Source: Amoebophrya sp. A120 (lineage: Eukaryota > Protista > Dinoflagellata). From it: DNA of 64,000 bases. The DNA is taken from assembly GCA_905178155.1 (NCBI GenBank), contig CAJINV010000010.1:3554587-3618586 (forward strand), given 5' to 3'. The position numbers and the translations under genes are program-made. Each line of letters starts with the position of its first letter. Position 1 is the first letter of the stretch. Positions 22,601 through 35,445 of the stretch are shown here, in pieces. The notes under the pieces were generated by a model. That model made no database searches. It saw nothing but the letters and a program-made list of their open reading frames with translations, and was not told where the DNA came from.

Positions 22601-25600
22601 TGGGAGTGGAAGTTGCACTAAAGCTTCCTCTTGAGCTGCGACTCCAAATTTCAATACTCAGGAATTGTCGTACTTCGCGATTTCTGCGTGACGAATGACC
22701 TTTTTCAAGCATGATATGACTGAGAAGTTATTATCTGTACCTAAAGCGACCGTTCGGTTTGGTCCGTCGACCGACCCGGAGATGTTCAACAACACACGTC
22801 GTTTATCCACGATAAAAATCGTTCCTGTGCGGGATTTGTGATGCTGATCGTACCAGCGGTAGAGGTGTTTGTGATGAAATTACTTTTGCTCTTCCTCCAA
22901 TACAGACCTCTACACTGATGCCATTTCAGCATGACAGATCGCACAAAATCAGTAGATTTTTTATCATGGATAAGCGCCCCACCGCGGCCATTCCGTCTTC
23001 TTGTACACCGCCGGTCGTCGCCAGTTCCAGTCGGACTTCGGGTCTGTAGTGCAGTTTGTGCATGACAGATCGAATCACTAATGCGATTTCTTGCATCACA
23101 AATTTTTATTCAGCCAGTGGATGCTTGCTTTTTCTTTTTCCCTACCTACGGTACGCTGCATGACAAACACATTTCCGCTTAACACGTCAATCGCATCACA
23201 AATCACAACTTCAACATAAACATCAATAAGCAAACAAATCAAGAAATACTTCCGTCGTTGGATTTCCACGTTCCCTGCAAATCGTTGTCGCCCTTGTAAT
23301 CCAACACCCACAAACTGCGGCTTCTCTCCTCGCTGAAGTAGAGCTTGATCGGGAACTCGTTCGGATCCACGACGGAAATCGTGCCAATCTGCATGTTGGA
23401 ATCGCCTCGGTAGACCTTAATTTGCCCGGTAGACTGCTCGACCCACACGTTGAGCACGTTGTCATAATCGTCCATCCAGTATGCATTGCAAATATCGTCC
23501 CTGGATGTCTGAAAACTTGTGTTGCGGATACTTGCATTGCAGACTGACTGCTGGTACGGAATGTTTGCATGAAAGTTTTCGTCGTGTAGTTTTCATTCGT
23601 ATTTAGCATCACAGACTGCCATATCCAGCACGACAAAAAAAACTTGCCAATCGTATTTCTGCATCACAAACCCTTGTTGTCCTTGACGTTTCGCATCACA
23701 AATCCACAGCACCCAGAAATATTTGCATTGCATATCCAGTACCCACGCAGGTTGTCCGCGATCCAGGTAGACTCGTCACGCGGCTTCGGCTTCGGCTTTG
23801 TGCGCTTGTTGCCCCCGGAACCCTTGTAGGTCTTACCGCCCCCCTTGCGACCCTTGCCGCCGGAACCACCTGATAGAAGAACATCGAGAAATATTAATTT
23901 TAATTTCATTTGTGAATCTTCCCGCATCACAAACTGAAAACTCCATCCCCCTTCCGCATTACAAAAACCTATATACGTTGCTGCTGCCACTGATCGGCGC
24001 CGTAGCCCTGATCCTTGGTCATGTTTCGTCGGTTCACGTTCTGCACGACGATCGCCTTCGCCGGTTCTGGCATCAACGTGGAGGGCAACCTGTTTTGATC
24101 ATTGATTGATAACATTTCATGTGCTGGTGCATCACAATCTGCTAGTACTTAACCAGACGTGCTGCTGTTGCTCGACGCACCAAAAAAACATCTCCATGAT
24201 TTCAAAAGAACTTCAATATCTTAATCAGGGCTGATCATCGTACAAAGTGGTTTTTCTTTTTCACGCACTCGACACAGTTTATGAAAGCAACTTTTTAGTA
24301 CCAAATCGCGGAGATTTTTGCATCGGGCGGCAGTCGGACGCTACCCCGTTCAATCCACTGCTTGCGGCTGTAGTTCTTCACCAACGCAACCGGCTTCAAC
24401 GCGCACTTACCTGGGTCACCCGGGACCAGTTGCACCCGGTAGCAGGCCACGGGGAGCTTGGGACGACCCTCCATCACATCATTGGTGTCGACTGTTGTTT
24501 GTTTTTTTATTTCCGTTTTTACGATTACATCTTCTTCCGGTAATTGTATGCCAACTACTGTGCACACGTAAATTCTTATATGGTGCCAACAACTATGCAA
24601 TACAAACATTTGTCCTAACTTAATACCCTGTCGGAACGCCGCTTTCTTGTCCACCTTCAGTGCCTTGTCCGTAAACGGCATCCGCAACGAAGACCCTTCG
24701 GACGAGGCCTTATCCAGAATGTCCTCCCACGGGTTCTTCTGTCCGTTCAGAGTCGGGTCTTCTCCCTTGTATCGAAAGGAAATAAAAGTGTTACAGTTGC
24801 ACACTCTCATGGAAGACCAGCAAGACAGACACCCTCTGTCATGCACGAAATGCTTGCCAGCCTCATTTCATGCGTGTAGTTTTCCCTTGTAGTTGTCTGC
24901 GCAACACAGGTTATTTGCTTTGCCATGTCGAGCAACTTTGTGATGCAGAAATTCCATATAGAAATGTGTAACTGTAACACGTTTTTCGTGCGATACCTTG
25001 TGCGCGTTGGCAAGTAACCGGTGCAGGGGACCGCACTGCTTCGACGCGACGAAGGCGAGGTTGGCGTTACGGATGGCTTTGGATTCGTGGGAGGAGACTA
25101 TCCTGAGCAAAAACGTCCCCATCCCCTAGTCAAGATGGCAATGATGCTAGACTCCTGTTTAGCTTGTTCAGCAGCATCACAGATCTAAATTATTATGCTG
25201 ATTGGAGCATTACAAATTCCAAAAAACGACTACAGAATGATTCTCATTGCGCTCCGCATGAGAAACATTTTGAGCGAGCAGAATTGCATGACAAACATGG
25301 GATGGGGACGTTTTTACATAGGATAGAGACGTGGAGTTCTTCCCAGATGAAGTGCAGGGAAATTTTGAACAGGTTGTACCTTTTCGCAAACCCGGACGAG
25401 GCGAACACGTTCACCAAAGTGCTGTCCAAGGCCTTGTCGCAGCCCAGGGCGTCTTGGGTGCGCCAGATGACACCGAGCACCGCGGCCTGGCAACGGATCA
25501 AGCACTCCATCCAAAGCTGTCATAGTTGTTGAAGAAGGGTTTTCAAGTTTGTGTTGCGGAAATGTCAGGAATGAAATGCATTTCTCATGCGGAATGCTAC

Positions 25601-26342
25601 ATAACAGGATCAAAAAATTGAAATTTGTCATGCGAAGCGATCAATACAGCATCGATAAAAAAACATCCATACCGCCTCAATTTCGGAGATTTCTTCCAGA
25701 CAGTTCACGTGCGGGAGCAAGACATCCACATCCTGGTAGTATTTGAAAACGGGTGTCGCCATCTCACACAGTGTCAACGGTTGCCGCTGCTGGTGGAAGT
25801 GGTCAATCGCGTCGTAAAGTCCCTCCAGATCCTCATCGTTTTTGCACTCCAGCTTACCGGACTTCGGAAGACTGTTTTTTATTTGAATTTGTGGGGACGA
25901 TGAAATCTTTGGTCGGAGTTCTAGTTCTTTTTCAACATGCAGAAGACCGTATGGTAAAACACTTTCTCATGCGGCTCAGCAAGAACATCGAGTTTTAACA
26001 TTCTTCTATGCAGAGAAACAACTTCTATACCGTGGGTCACGGTGGCCACACATCACACTGTGCGTAATCATGTGAGGATCCCAGCAGCCGAGCTTCCAGT
26101 ATGGAGCGAAGAAATTGGTGTTGAGTTTTTTTCGTGATTTGTCATGCTGAATTCGCATTTTGACAACTTCGATTTCTTTCATCTCTCATGCACAAATTAT
26201 AACCAGCGATTGAATTTTGCCTTTATTTCCAGGCCGTTTGTAGCCTTGTACCATGCATGACAGACATCATCATCATCATCACACTTTCCCCTTGATTTAT
26301 ATTCAGAAAAAAAAACTCACGCATCAACATTTCTGCCGGCAT
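19623..26342 (-). CDS. Multi-exon protein: archaeo-eukaryotic primase/polymerase (AEP) domain, degenerate RNase H-like domain and Gly/Pro/Gln/Met-rich tail
   Basis: AEP motifs CEMATPVFKYYQDVD (DxD), KISLHFIW and NPWEDILD...SLRMPFTDK. RNase H-like segments RVLLNISGSVDGPNRTVALGVVINAVG, TVPMACLAAATLGLRVCIDLG, IMVGTDHSIV and HENQATEVARA. Ends PPQAYYNQQYGGGQQYR*. The start and single-gene status are inferred. Confidence 0.7.
19678..19928. mobile_element. Introner, family A (close copy of 1037-1299)
   Basis: TSD gtggc/gtggc; join QQFQQP|PQAYY in frame. Confidence 0.9.
19964..20258. mobile_element. Introner, family E (TIR TATCCTGAGCAAAAACGTCC)
   Basis: TSD ccgga/ccggg; join GPPG|GAPQQ in frame. 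Confidence 0.88.
20531..20840. mobile_element. Introner, family D (TIR TATTACAGTGAAAAATGCCCCCACC)
   Basis: TSD ggttg/ggttg. Confidence 0.9.
20981..21162. mobile_element. Introner, singleton TIR type
   Basis: tatcgaaaagaaaaaagctatacca ... tggtgtagctttttctactgtcata; TSD ccggt/ccggt. Confidence 0.8.
21217..21427. mobile_element. Introner, family F (TIR ...AAAAGTGTTACAGTTACAC)
   Basis: TSD gttct/gttct; homologous to 24770-24995. Confidence 0.88.
21476..21667. mobile_element. Degenerate introner (short TIR tatgcattgcaaa/tttgcattgcata)
   Basis: TSD cttgt/attgt. Confidence 0.7.
21732..21994. mobile_element. Introner, family A (diverged)
   Basis: tatccactgcaaacatgtctggg ... cccagacatatctgcaatgcata; TSD ctggc/gtgac. 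Confidence 0.75.
22804..22972. mobile_element. Old introner, singleton TIR (tatccacgataaaaatc / gattttttatcatggata)
   Basis: The TIR is clear but the TSD is eroded; removal plus 5 bp gives WPRWGA|RVLLN in frame. Confidence 0.65.
23480..23734. mobile_element. Introner, family A (diverged)
   Basis: TSD tccag/tccag; join NLRGYW|MDDYD. Confidence 0.82.
24770..24995. mobile_element. Introner, family F
   Basis: TSD ccttg/ccttg; join NAHK|GEDP. Confidence 0.88.
25099..25325. mobile_element. Introner, family E
   Basis: TSD gagac/gagac; join ELHVS|SHESK. Confidence 0.88.
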
Positions 26343-27878
26343 AGGTGCAGCTTCTGGCACATCTTCGTGTACTTCTCCTGTTGATCTGCCATTTTCGCGG
26401 TAGTTGTTTTGACAAGCTGCGTTTACGGTTACTAAAAGAACCTGGCTCGTCTTCACGACAAGCTTCAATGCAATAATGCAATAGGAGTTATTTGCTCACG
26501 ACCAGCTTTCAATAAGTACCAATAGAAGACACGACGGACCTCTAGAAGAAGTAGAAGTAGTACAGGAAAAACTATTTCACAATTATCTCTAATCTCGCCT
26601 AAGAAATTATCTGAAACCGAGCCGCGATGCGACTGGTTGTGTTCGAAGTTTTATTTCGTTGGATAAAGGTTCGATTATGTCTTCACCAAAATTGTGAGAT
26701 TCTTCGCAGCGTAGAGAGCCTGTCCTGAATCAGTTATGAAGAAGCTCGTAGTTGTGATTATCGAAGGTGAAACAGTTTAGTCGCGTTTTGCTTTCGTCCG
26801 AGCAGGTCGTGGTGGCTTATATTTCTAAAAGACACGTCGCGGTTCTGGTTATCAAAAGAATGTCGCGTGTCGGGAAAGGTAGAGAAATGCCAAAAAAGTT
26901 GACGAACAAGATCTTCTTCTGGTTGGAAAATGGTCAATGGTACAGTTTCAGAAAAAAGACAAATCGAAGGACCTGGGGAGGAAAAATTGGGTTTGCCATG
27001 CAATAGAAAATGCAAACAAAAAATATACGGGATCGCAAGTCACAAAATGTGCGAACTGCAATGCGTTCCCTGCTCTTTGAAATGAATCTACTTTGCTGCC
27101 ACTTTCAACTTTGTGCAATTCACTTTTGCGTTGTGTGCGCATCTTTGAGCAGTTCACTTTTGTTCTTTTGGTTCCTCTCTCGCACGCGGCACGGCCGCAC
27201 GGATGGGCTAGTTTCAAATATGCCTGTACAAATACTCACTTTATCGCTCGCGCGGAGAAAAAGACACCATGCTACCAGCACACGGCTGCGAAATTCTAAA
27301 TCAAGTGTGGCACTTCTGTAGAACTGGGTCGTGAGAGATGATCTTCATGCCCGGGCAGAGCAAATCCAAAATCGGTCGTGCTGTGTAAAATAAATCAGGA
27401 AACTATCGGTAAATCCACCCAGTACTAACTGAAGGATCTCTTGCGGTTCTTCGTGCGTTGCTGCCCATCGTGGGTCGTGTAAAATTGATAGGGATCATTT
27501 TTGTGCAGGACTAAAAATTGCTCGCATAGTACTACAACGAACCTAAAAGTACACTGATCTTTTATCGGCAAAAGATCTATCTTTGAAGAAAGCCAAATAG
27601 TGAGTCAACAGCGCCGCATGGCGCTTGTTTTCTTCGAAATCACTCTCTTGCAGTATGTACGTTCTTTCTACGAAGCGTGGCAGTGTGTTTCAATTGCGCT
27701 TTTCAGAGCGAAGCGACGTTTCATTATTTGCTCTTTTCAGGGCGAAGTTTTCGAGGCCCAGGACCATTCCTCGCTGTACTAAATCCTCGACCTTGGAGTA
27801 AGTACTGAGTAAAGAAACACCACGGATTCAGGGCGTAAGTGTTGCTGAGCATTAAAATCACCTTGATCTACCGTAATA

Positions 27879-29968
27879 TCACCCGATGTGATTCAGAATC
27901 TCTTTCGAGTGGTCCGCGGAACTGGCAACGCGTTTCCGCTCCTATTGCAATGAAAAACGCCCCCACCCCATAATCTCCTGGCAGCATTTGTATTGCAAAG
28001 CTTTCCAATGGAAATATTCCTCCTCCTGCATGTTTCAGCATCACAAATTTTCAATGCTGAATAGCTAACATTTGCGTTGCACAAGACCCTAGCAACAGCC
28101 GGGCCTGCCATGTAAGAGTTTCTTGCTCACCTAGATGCTGCATCAGAAAGACTCATAGTTGTCCTTTCATGCAAGACAAAAAGTTTCCATTGGGAAACTT
28201 TGCATCACAAATTTTTGCAACATCCCGGGTGGGGACATTTTTCCCTTTGATAGCTCCGCGGCGTTGGTCGCTTCCAAGGCTTTGATCTGCTTGGACTCTG
28301 CTAACAAGTCGTTGAACAGGTGGCTGGCCTTTATAACGTGCTCATGTGTTACAATCTCAAATGCTACGAATAGAAGAATTCCGATTTTGTCTAGCATGAA
28401 CAACACGAGAAAGCCACAGAGGGCTCCGCTTTCCGCAATACCAATTTCGCCAGATAATTCTCATGGGGTTTGGACCTCCGGAACTTGTCATGCGTAATCC
28501 TATGACGGTAGGCGAGACAATGCTCTCTTTGCATCACAAGTTTGCATTTCTATTGTAACACTAGAGATTGTAACGTTTGAGCTGGTCATAGCCTTGTCCA
28601 AGGCTTTCTCACTCGCGATGACCACCTCCTCCCGCTTTTTCTGGAACGGTATGAGGTTGCACAATTAACTCTTCCTTTGCTGTATTTGTCATGCAGAAGT
28701 GCAACTCCAGCTGTTACCCTGTAGCTGCGAGCTGTACGCTATTGCATGACAAGCTTCACCCCAGCAAAGAGCAGTCACTGCGATCGTCTCTACTGTGGGG
28801 CCTTTCCGATACAACTGCTGCACTTCTGCCGGTGTTGCAAATCATCCTGTTCCTACGTTTACAAATCCAGCGGGAAGGAGAAATTGCTGTGCATTATCAT
28901 AAAATCCGAAATTGTTTCTGCGATGTCTGACAGCTCGGAGAACGCGGTGGCTTTGCTATGCTAGAAAATATTTTCTTTGCTAGAATCGACGAGGATGCTA
29001 CTTTTTCAACATGTACAAGTTTCCGACATGTTGCTTACAGTCATGCACGGAGGTAGAATAACCTGCTACCTAGCACCCGCTCACACTGCACCGCGCCTGA
29101 GAAATTGCGCACCACCCCATTACAAACTTCGCTAACAATCATGTCTCCTCGATGCTACTAGCAGTACCAAAACATTTTATTTCCCACGATACTTCTGGCT
29201 CTTTCCGCTTTTCGGTGCGTTCTGCATTTGCTCGGCGATTTCTGCTTTCAGGTCGTTGAGATCGTCGTAGACCGCGGCGATTGGGAGTGGCCACGATGCG
29301 GTGGTGATTGTAAACAACAGGAGCTTGGTGAATCGACGACATGAAGTCCTCGTGCTTCTGAAACAAGTATCTGGTCGGGATGTTGCGCGCTCTGCTTCTC
29401 CGGTAGAAGTATAGCCCCCCGCTTTAACGAGCTCTCCTTCCGCATTGTGCCGGCTTCCGCTTTCTGGTCTCCGTGGCTCTTTGTAGCTGCTGCTTGCTGT
29501 GGAAACAGCACCTGGGCGCATTGTTTTGCTCTATTCTGAATGTACTATTTTAGAAAGTTTCATTTCCGGCATCTCTTTTTTAACCTGGTGCATCATCAGC
29601 GATGAGTCACGATGCTGTAAGTTCAACACCATAACATCGGTGGCAAATATCTTCTTGCACCTGATAGACACAACGTTCCCTCGGTGATTCCATCATTCGA
29701 TTTTTTTCACCGACTATTTTTTTCTACAAATCGGGGCACTACAAGCATCTACGACTGTCCTCGCGATTACAAACTACGCATCCTCTAGTAGAATCAAGTC
29801 ATGATCCACAGAAGACACACAGCTGGCGTAAAGCGTTCCACCTTGCCGCGCCTGCCTCGCCGCAAGTACTTCTTTCGCAGCGACTTGCAACGCCTTAAAG
29901 CGTCGAATTTTCATTTTGGCTCTCTTGAAAAGAGCCATATTTTTCGACGCAATGGCACGCACAACCAC
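27879..29968 (-). CDS. Hypothetical multi-exon protein (boundaries uncertain)
   Basis: Coding-like segments such as AAVYDDLNDLKAEIAEQMQN, KKREEVVIASEKALDKAM and LFNDLLAESKQIKALEATNAAE|RKRVASSAD are interrupted by introners. Confidence 0.45.
27943..28252. mobile_element. Introner, family D
   Basis: TSD gctcc/gctcc; same plus-strand orientation as 50023-50285 and opposite to 20531-20840. Confidence 0.88.
28340..28582. mobile_element. TIR intron element, family H (GCTCA...GTTACAATCTC ends)
   Basis: ctcatgtgttacaatctc / gagattgtaacgtttgag; same termini as 56406-56644; TSD not resolved. Confidence 0.65.
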
Positions 29969-30050
29969 TTGCTTTTAGTTCATATGCGCAGAAAAAGTAG
30001 TGCAAGTTTTTCTTGGGTATCAATGAAGCGCGATCGTCACATGTCTCTCT

Positions 30051-31273
30051 TCATAATTCCACCTCCCCAAATTTCACCATGGCCACCATTCCCAGCCACA
30101 CCGTCTCCCGAAAAATCCACCGAAATTCGTTGTCCGTGCCGCGCCGCATGAGAAACACCGCCTTGTGCAATAGACAAAGAACCGCGAGGAGAAAAATCGC
30201 TGTCCAGGAAATCGCTGTGCTTGCTGAGAAAACAAGCTTCAAGACCACACCGGCGAGTAAGCAGGCTCGGAGACCTTTGTCGATCGCCCGCACGTACTGC
30301 AGCATGGGGACGGTTGCGCGTGCCGGCTTCCAGTAGAGAATACCTTGGTTGGTTTTTTGGAAAAGTAGTCGAAATGGCATTTACTTTTGCGAGTCATGCA
30401 ATACAATTTGGGTGCAACATGCGGCTCATGCATGACAAAAAACATTCCGGTTCCGTACCGTCCAGGACGAGCTCCGGCGTGAAGGGGTAGCTTCCGAGTT
30501 CCCGCCGCTGTATGGAGGGCGAATTGAGATTTTTGGTCTGGAATTCATGTATCTGCAACAGCGAAACGCATTTTTTTTTTTAGTCATGCACCAGGCGATG
30601 AAAGTCATGCAAAAGAAAATTTCAATGGGAATGCAATTGCTGTCATCTCGGAAACAACTCAAAATGGCGACGCACAGCTGCTACGTCGTACATGCACAAT
30701 TGAGTTTAATACGCAAAAAAATCGAGCACCCTTTCATACAAGCCGCTAGTGTGGCCTATGCAGATGAAAAATCAGCAGCGGTAGTAGACGACAGGTTCTT
30801 TTCACATTTCCAGCTCGGAATGGAGTTCTCTGCATGATGACAAACTAAGCCCAGTAAAACTGTCTTCCTCTACGAAACCACAACTCAGTGATACCCCGCC
30901 ATGACAAACACCAGCGAACTTGCATTTTTCTCTCCGATACCACTAGTAGGTGATACCCCGCCAGCGGCAGCACCAGCAGCACGAGGAAGGGCACCCGGAG
31001 AAGCAAGCCCCAGCAGATGCTCCACACCAGCACGGGCGCGAGTAAGGCGTCGGTCAAGTACCGGGTTCGGTGGAGCGTTTCTAGCATCTTCGCCTGCGTG
31101 TAGATGTTTTTCTCCGGTAATACCGTCGTAAGTAGTGTCACTCCTATCTGGTACGCCCCACTCATCGCCAGGGGGAGTTGTCTTCCGCGCTGCTGGTACA
31201 AGAACACCCACCCGCCACCGAGCAGGAGTAAGAGCAAAACGGCCGGGAGTTTCCGGGCGATGGAAGTCGTCAT
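30051..31273 (-). CDS. Hypothetical multi-pass membrane protein (at least two exons)
   Basis: Several hydrophobic helices in ORFs 30845-31273 and 30051-30380. Confidence 0.5.
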
Positions 31274-32878
31274 GCTGGTGCTGTCCTTTCGGGATTTGTC
31301 TTGTCGCTAGCTGGTACTACAAGAGGGATGAACCGTCATCTTTTGTGCACCTCCATGGGATCGCGCCTTCAGTACAGTCACTACGAGCGGGAAGACTTGT
31401 TGTGCTAGAACATCCTACTTCTAGGCTGCTGTAGTACACCGGAGCTGCATTGCGAATTTTGCCTGGTGAAATGTTGAAATCGCTCACTGCGCAACAGATC
31501 TGGACCGATCATCGGCTGTGATGTGGATCGACGTCAGCAGCGGGAAAAAAGCGCTGTCAAAGAGCGATATTTGAGAACTTCTCATGCGGAAGAAAGCTAA
31601 ATTCTGAAGACGGTGCGTAGCTGGTCCGGTTTTCACGATCTTGGAAAGTCAAACAGAGTAGAAGATCAGTACATAACGAAAAGGAGAACGGCATGGAGGA
31701 ACAATTCCAAACACGATAAAGATGAGAAAAAAACGAATTTGCTTAACCGCCTATTCCGTAGGAACAAAGAAACAAAAACGCCACGACTGAACACCCGAAG
31801 GGCCGTTGCTGCTCCTTTGCGGGCGAGAGACGGTAGAAACGAGCGACGACAGAAACGGTCACTCTTGGTTGCTGCACTTATTTTTTCGGACCGGGGGCGG
31901 CCTCTGTTCCGTAGTTACAAGAGTCGTTTGTTGATTTTTCAGGTTCTGTGCGAGTCCTCTCCACTCCACCCCTACACGGTTGTTCACAAAAGCTGGTCGT
32001 GGAGAAGCGGTGCCAGCACTAACCAGCTGCTTCTCCTTTCTGCGCCTCCTCTCTGGTCGTGCTACCAGTTGTAGCAGTGTGCGCCAGCTCGGAACCCCGC
32101 CTGCAGCAGGGGTACTGCTGCCGTGTTTCGGGGAGAAGTAAATCTCGAGCAACTCTAGTACAACATGGGGGCTGACAAGTTTAGATGAAGTCTTCTTTTC
32201 AGGTTTCTCAGATGAAATTATTTCTTTTGCCGAAAAAGGAATTAAAGTTGTGAAAAATTCTTTGAAACATAATGGTCTCTATCCGGTATATTTTCAACCA
32301 CGCCGTACTAAGCGACGCTTGCATAAAAGAGAGTTCTTGTTGATGAAAAGTGGATAAAAGATTTCTCAAAAATTCAGATTACTTCGACGGAATCAAAGTC
32401 ATAGGACAATTGCAAAAAAGTGTTGCAAAGTAAACTAGTTAATTGATGCATGAAAACAGAAACGAAAAAACAGTCTTTTGCTACGTGAAAACGAAATCTT
32501 TCGGATAGGCTAAATTCATACAAACAATAGTTTTTCATGGTCGTACCTCGTAAACAAAATTTGGAATAACGAAAAAAAGATAAACAATCTCCTGCACTGG
32601 CTCTTTCCCGCCATATAATTTAGCAGCCTCGCTAGATACCATTTCTCCTACGGCGGTCTGATAAGCGTTCTGAGTGGCGGTCTGCAGAGAGCGTGTTTCA
32701 GCGCTTTCAGCGCTTGCCTTTTCCCTCACTCAGCAGACACTCCGCTTCGTTGTCGGAGAGGCGTATCAAACCAAAAAGTGTAAATGGCCTCAACGGAAGG
32801 CGTTTATGCTGGTGCGGATGACAGTCAAGGCAACATCATTTTGTCCCGGTGAACCTCTCACTGCAGTTAATGCCTCTG

Positions 32879-33955
32879 TCATGCAAAAAGAAAACATCTG
32901 CGAAATAGACCGTCGACGTCAAGTACACTTTTTGGGTGGATAAGACTGGCGAACCCCTCGTGAAGCGGTTCGTTTTTCAGCTCAAGCTGGTCCGGCAACC
33001 GGTCCAAGGAAATTGCGCATGTATCCGTCACATCCCCGGGGACGGTCGGAGCATCCGTCGACGCAGAATCCCGAAGCGTACGAACACGCCGCTGTTCAGA
33101 GCCAACGTCAGAGAAGCCTTTCCGGCTTCTAGACTTGCACGGCAAGAGGGGCCACAGCACTCGCGAAGAGAAAGCAGGGGCTTGTGGCGTCTCCCCAGGG
33201 GGACCTTCTTCATTGGAAGGAACGGTCCGGTCGCTTGCGAGTTTCGGATTTTTTTTCTCGGCGCTGCGATGGGGGGCAAACATGCAGTCGCGGGTGCCCG
33301 CTTGTTCGACTGCCGGGAAACCGGAGGCAGCTCGATCGAAAACGGCACTGCTACCAGCATCCGACCTGTAGTAGTCGCGCATGTTGCTTGGCGGCAGCTT
33401 TTGCGTCTTTTCCATCTTCTCCTCGTTCACCTTCTCAGAAGAGCTTTGGTCGGCTGCGGATTTCTTCTTTTTCAAACTGCAAACCCGGCGACAGGAAGCT
33501 GGTAGTGCGAAGGGACAGCCTGCAATGAATAACAACCAAAGCAACATAATGAGAAGGCTCGCTGCCAAGGCGGCGAAGCACGCCACCGGGGGGTCCTGCA
33601 CAGGGTGGAGAGTGCGGATTGCAACCGCATCGGACGCCGCGGCCCGTCCTGCTGTCTGGTGGATGGGCGACTGTAGGAAAGATCTCGCTGCTGCCGACAT
33701 CTGTTGTGCCTGTGGTTTTGTGACTGATCCCAACATTTGATCTGACTTGGCCTCGACGTCGTATTCCCAAGTGTATAGCAGTGTGGTCGCGTCGGGGCCA
33801 GTTCTCTTGCCTTTGGTCCACTCCCACTCGTGGTCCCAGGGATCGGTGCTTAGTGACATGTGGCCGATGTTGGTCCGCTTATGCCTATAATCTGGCCCGC
33901 GGCCGAAGATGAGTACGTCAACTGACAACTTGGAGTTCTCGAACTTCTCGGGCAT
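32879..33955 (-). CDS. Hypothetical protein exon with one predicted transmembrane helix
   Basis: 358-aa ORF containing CFAALAASLLIMLLWLLFIAG; upstream exons are probable but not resolved. Confidence 0.45.
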   Translation of the reverse strand: MPEKFENSKLSVDVLIFGRGPDYRHKRTNIGHMSLSTDPWDHEWEWTKGKRTGPDATTLLYTWEYDVEAKSDQMLGSVTKPQAQQMSAAARSFLQSPIHQTAGRAAASDAVAIRTLHPVQDPPVACFAALAASLLIMLLWLLFIAGCPFALPASCRRVCSLKKKKSAADQSSSEKVNEEKMEKTQKLPPSNMRDYYRSDAGSSAVFDRAASGFPAVEQAGTRDCMFAPHRSAEKKNPKLASDRTVPSNEEGPPGETPQAPAFSSRVLWPLLPCKSRSRKGFSDVGSEQRRVRTLRDSASTDAPTVPGDVTDTCAISLDRLPDQLELKNEPLHEGFASLIHPKSVLDVDGLFRRCFLFA

Positions 33956-35445
33956 GTGGCGGATTGTTGTCGTATCCGGAGGCCGATCTGTGATTTGGTG
34001 GGGCCATTTTTCAGTAGTAGATCTTCACCCCCGTAGCCTACCAAGCACGCTCTGACCCGGACGGCGGGCGGCGGCCTTTCTATGAGCGATCAACCATCTG
34101 TGCTCCGTCTCTTACCTGCAGCAATACTGACGGGCGCTGCGCAAATTCACGGCCGTATTAATATAGAGGTAGTTTCGCCAGGCCTCAGGCGTGGAATGCT
34201 TGCAGCATTTTACTTTTTCGGGGCGATGTCTTAGGACCAAATAATACCCTTCTCCTGCGGCGGGCCTGGGCCCTTTCGAAAAAAGCGCGGGGAATGGAAC
34301 AACTTAATTTCTACGGCTTTGCATACGCGCTCCGGCGTAATGCGGTACGGCGGCTCGCGGGTGCACGCTTGCTCAGCTGCAAACCTTTGAGACTCGAGGT
34401 CCTGTAGCATAGTAGCTGACGAGCGTAGAGGACTCAGGCCCCCACTGGAATCATATTTTCACTCTTACATGTTTCCGCGGTGCTGCCAAGGGGGCGCTCA
34501 TAATTCATTACGGCACATTTTGGCACGCAGTTTGCACAAGAGCCCCAGCGGTCCCCAATAGGCTCGTGGCAAACATTTTGCAGGTTTTTCTTATCAGCGT
34601 TCACTGCGGTTTCCTGCGTCATTTGCGTTGCAGCGTGACCAAGAACTTAACAGGACCCATTCAGGGAATTTATTATTATTTCGCACTCTCTACAAGATAA
34701 ATACCTTTATGGTGCATCTTCCAGTCATGCCACGACGTACTATCGAACGGCAAACCGCAATTGCCTCACCCCTTTGCAACTCGTACCTCGGTTGTGGTCG
34801 TTGAACTAAAACTAATATCGAAGTAATTACTTAAAGAACATTTGCAGCGACCGGACCCTCATTACCGGATTGGCGCCGTGGCCTGTAGCACTTGCCAGGA
34901 AAGACAACTGTCGCGCCCCTGGGCGCTGGTCGCCACGACAGCACGAGCGACCACGAGCGCCGTCGCACAGCGGCGGCACCAACCCACAGGAGCATATGTA
35001 CATGCCACGCCAAATACGGCCTAAGACTGTTGACGAACCTCCCGCATCAGGAAACGGAACTAGGGCTAATGTGCTTGAATAGTCCGCCGTGTAGCTTCGC
35101 AGCAAAAGCAAGGCCCTTGCATGGACGCGCAACAGCCTGCTACACGCAGAGCGGAGTCCGCGGATACCTCATCACGAGGTAGATTGTTAGACGCCTCGCG
35201 AAATGTGAGCAAACGCGCCCCGGAATTTCCCGCCTTTTCAAGACAGGCGCCCGCCCCGGGCTGCTGCATCCTCCGGAAACGGCGCCGCTCCGTAAAACGA
35301 CCTGAAAAGGCAATGCCTAGAAGAGCCCTAAATGAAGTAATGCCACATCCTTTTAGAGTGTGCGGAACTGACGTCCGAGCCTGGGCGGGGCATTGCAAGA
35401 AGCTCTAGGTTCAAAATGGGGAGAAGTTTCCGTGGCTAAGTTGCT

